Shown here one piece after another: positions 61,409 to 64,000 of a stretch of DNA of 64,000 bases (positions are counted from its first letter, which is position 1; the number at the start of each line of letters is the position of its first letter). The DNA is from Bugula neritina (taxonomy: Eukaryota > Animalia > Bryozoa), in contig OZ037767.1 of NCBI GenBank assembly GCA_964035545.1, forward strand, positions 15,628,998 to 15,692,997. The letters run 5' to 3'. Below the pieces are notes generated by a model. That model was given only the letters and a program-made list of their open reading frames with translations, did no database searches and was not told the origin of the DNA. The position numbers and the translations under genes are program-made.

Positions 61409-62137
61409 CACCAGCTTTCCATGGATCGATCTGAGAAATGTGCTCAGATCGATAGTTTTTCCGTGCCAATGTCAGATCGATCTCTCAGAGTTGCCTCCTC
61501 TTAAGTTAAGGGTTCTTTGATAGTATAATTTGTTCGCCTATTTGAGTGATTAAAGCTACTTACTATTGTTGAAAACAAGATTGTTGTGATCTAAAACTTA
61601 ATCCCAGGTATAAACTATACGCAGCAAAGGTTTTAGTGTAAAGCAATTTGGCCAATTTAAAATGATTAATTTTAATTTTTTAGCTTGACAGCTTATATAA
61701 AATTGATAGCTGTTTTGCAGATTATTATTAAACTTAAAGGACTGTTAGGCTTAAAATTACACAGCAAACGGCTAATGAAACTAAGTTTTATTAGTCTTTA
61801 AAATTCAATTTAAATGCTCCCATATTTTTTACCTTCTACTGCATATAATCGAGCTTTACTAATCATTGTACTAAAAGTCAAAGTTTTGGCATCTGAAAAG
61901 GTGGCTATCATAATTATTTAATACTTTGCTTAGTAATTATCAATAAGTTATCATTTTTATTAGCAGACAACATTGTAGCAACCAGTCTTTTTCTACTTCT
62001 CAGATAGAGCTGGCATCTTTTCACGCTGTTATTGCCTTGAGATTGATCTGAGTTTGATCTCCATAGACCGACCAGCTCAGATCGACTGAGATCGATCTTT
62101 GGCATCTTTACATGGATTGATCCATGGAAAGCTGGTG
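61409..62137. mobile_element. Duplicate of the 10593-11324 MITE
   Basis: Same TIRs and AAT TSD. Confidence 0.85.
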
Positions 62138-62156
62138 AATGACAGAAGTGAAATAT

Positions 62157-62566
62157 TGTGATAGATTTTAGTGGTGCAATCATTATTGTTATTAATCGAA
62201 ACGGTTCACTCTATACTGTTTATTATATTGTAAGTTCGACTACATCAGCATGTAGCTATGGACAGCAGTGGCACCACTAGTAACCACCAATCAGGACAGG
62301 CACACTAATTGATAGCAGATGGAGCTAGCTATTCGTAGTTGCAGTGCTCTGAGTAGCTAGCTGGCAGAGCAGCTTGGGACTTCATTTAGAGTGGTTGTGT
62401 ATTGAAGCTCACTAATTATGTAATCGTTTTCTATTCATGTTAGCAGTAAATAACCTTCTTGTATTCGTGTAAATAATAAAGTTATCTTAGCGTAAACAAC
62501 CTGGTGTAGTGGCTTTGTTTAAGTTGACCCACACATAATAATAGTGAACTGGCAAAATTCACTACA
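62157..62566. mobile_element. Solo LTR, TSD ATAT
   Basis: TGT...ACA, internal AATAAA; empty site at ~11340. Confidence 0.9.
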
Positions 62567-62936
62567 ATATTCCTGAGTACACATTTAATCAAAGAGAGTG
62601 TCAATAATAGTTACTGCATGTAGACTTTGCTCCTGGTAAGTTGATTAGAATAATTTACATTACCGTTCTTTTTACTTAAGTGATGGAAAATTTTTATCTA
62701 GAGAGCAACCCTGATTGAAAACTGAATTTATCTAAAGTTTGTTACTTCAAGTACTATACAAATATTATTAGTAGGTTGGCATTTCTTATCTTACCTTATG
62801 TGTGTTTAATATAAATATAAAACTTGAGATAAACATTCTCATGTGATATAATGTAGTCTGGAGTTATATCACATGACTGGACGATTTCTTCTAGAGTTAG
62901 GGTGGGTTACCTGACAGCCCACACATATATAACCTA

Positions 62937-64000
62937 CACAGTTGGTTTAAGGTCATACTTTTCATTTTCTGGCTCTTTGCCAGGTGCTTTATGTTCTATA
63001 TGAACAATGTTCCACTGATAGCTCGAACAGGTTGAATGTCACAAGAACAAAAAAAATATGAAAAGATAAAAAAACTTATGTTCTCCAATATACTTTTTTA
63101 TTTTTTTCAAAAGCCAATTCATGTTTAAGTTATAGCTTGTTGAAAAACATAGTCCCCCTTCCACATTCTTTTCAATTTATACGCTCCTGACTTGTTATTG
63201 TGTCTCAATATGCCTTGTATTTGAGTGCTTGTTAGTCTCGCTTCACTAACTTTGCCTATACTTCACAAGTGCCAGTGCTGCTGGCTCAAAAGCTAAATGT
63301 TATAAACTGTCAGCTAAAACCCAATCTTGTATTCCTAGGTTGGTTGGCCTAAATAAAACAATAGTCAAATCATGATTTCATGTTTTAAAAATTTACTCTA
63401 TTCTAACCTGCTGCCTAGCTAGTTCTATTTTTGATGTATAATTACAAAATTTGTGATACATTTTTTTGGCAACCATGTAATTTATAAAATGCAGTAATGG
63501 TACTTATAATATTATATTATTATCACTATAATATATTATATAGTATTATGTGTGTTTTTATTATCCTGCATAGTATCTAATTTATTATTGTTGTTGTGCA
63601 AACAAGTGCAATTAACCTAGTTTTCAAAATGTACCTCTAAATTATCAGAATATCAGTTTAGATATTTTCATGCTTTGTAAGGTAAACCTAAAAAAAGAGG
63701 CTGTATTCCCAAAGTAAAGGGTGTTGAACTATGAACTATATTAGATTAGCCACTCTGCTACCAAGTGCATCAGTATAATATTATATGAATAGCTCTGATG
63801 CTTTGTCTCCGGTGGCTGGCTGCGATATGATAACTTGGCCAACTTCCAAGAGTTTAAAATTGGCGCAATTATTCAAGAGGTTACATACTGCACAGAGCTA
63901 GCAGTGATAGTAACCTTGCTATTGGCAGTACTTATTACAACTGCCAGCATATAAGCTGCATTGTAGAATGCCGTTGGGGCAGGCTAGTAAAACCAAATTC
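62937..64000. mobile_element. Second copy of the 57765-60339 transposon, inverted, running off the window
   Basis: Near-identical reverse complement of 59276-60339; empty site at ~11709. Confidence 0.93.

Larger units (their letters stand above)
46778..62936 (+). repeat. Segmental duplication, copy 2
   Basis: Matches 1-11709 plus insertions. Confidence 0.95.

Overview
AT-rich, intron-containing animal (invertebrate-type) genomic DNA, rich in duplications and mobile elements. The centrepiece is a 13,485-bp Polinton/Maverick (23139-36623; 6-bp TSD TATGAA; ~370-bp TIRs) nested in a ~0.95-kb TA-flanked MITE. It has ~110-nt terminal hairpins with a compensatory base-pair change between the two ends, and TAAATG at 13 of 14 surviving gene starts. 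It also has an EndoVII-like insert in pPolB and a PLA2-integrase-chromodomain fusion. It is damaged (frameshifts, MCP N-half deleted). Positions 1-11709 are duplicated at ~46778-62936. Both copies contain a decayed tRNA-Leu-primed Gypsy element with an extra zinc-finger ORF, and copy 2 has five further insertions. Host genes reconstructed by hand from splice sites: a 7-exon TRIM-like gene (623 aa), three intact copies of a 78-aa three-exon microgene absent from the ORF track, an in-frame multi-exon middle segment of Bub1/MadBub (CD1, ABBA, KEN; no TPR or kinase seen), and an orphan INSM/nerfin zinc-finger fragment. All alignments, translations and family calls were made by eye; no searches were run.
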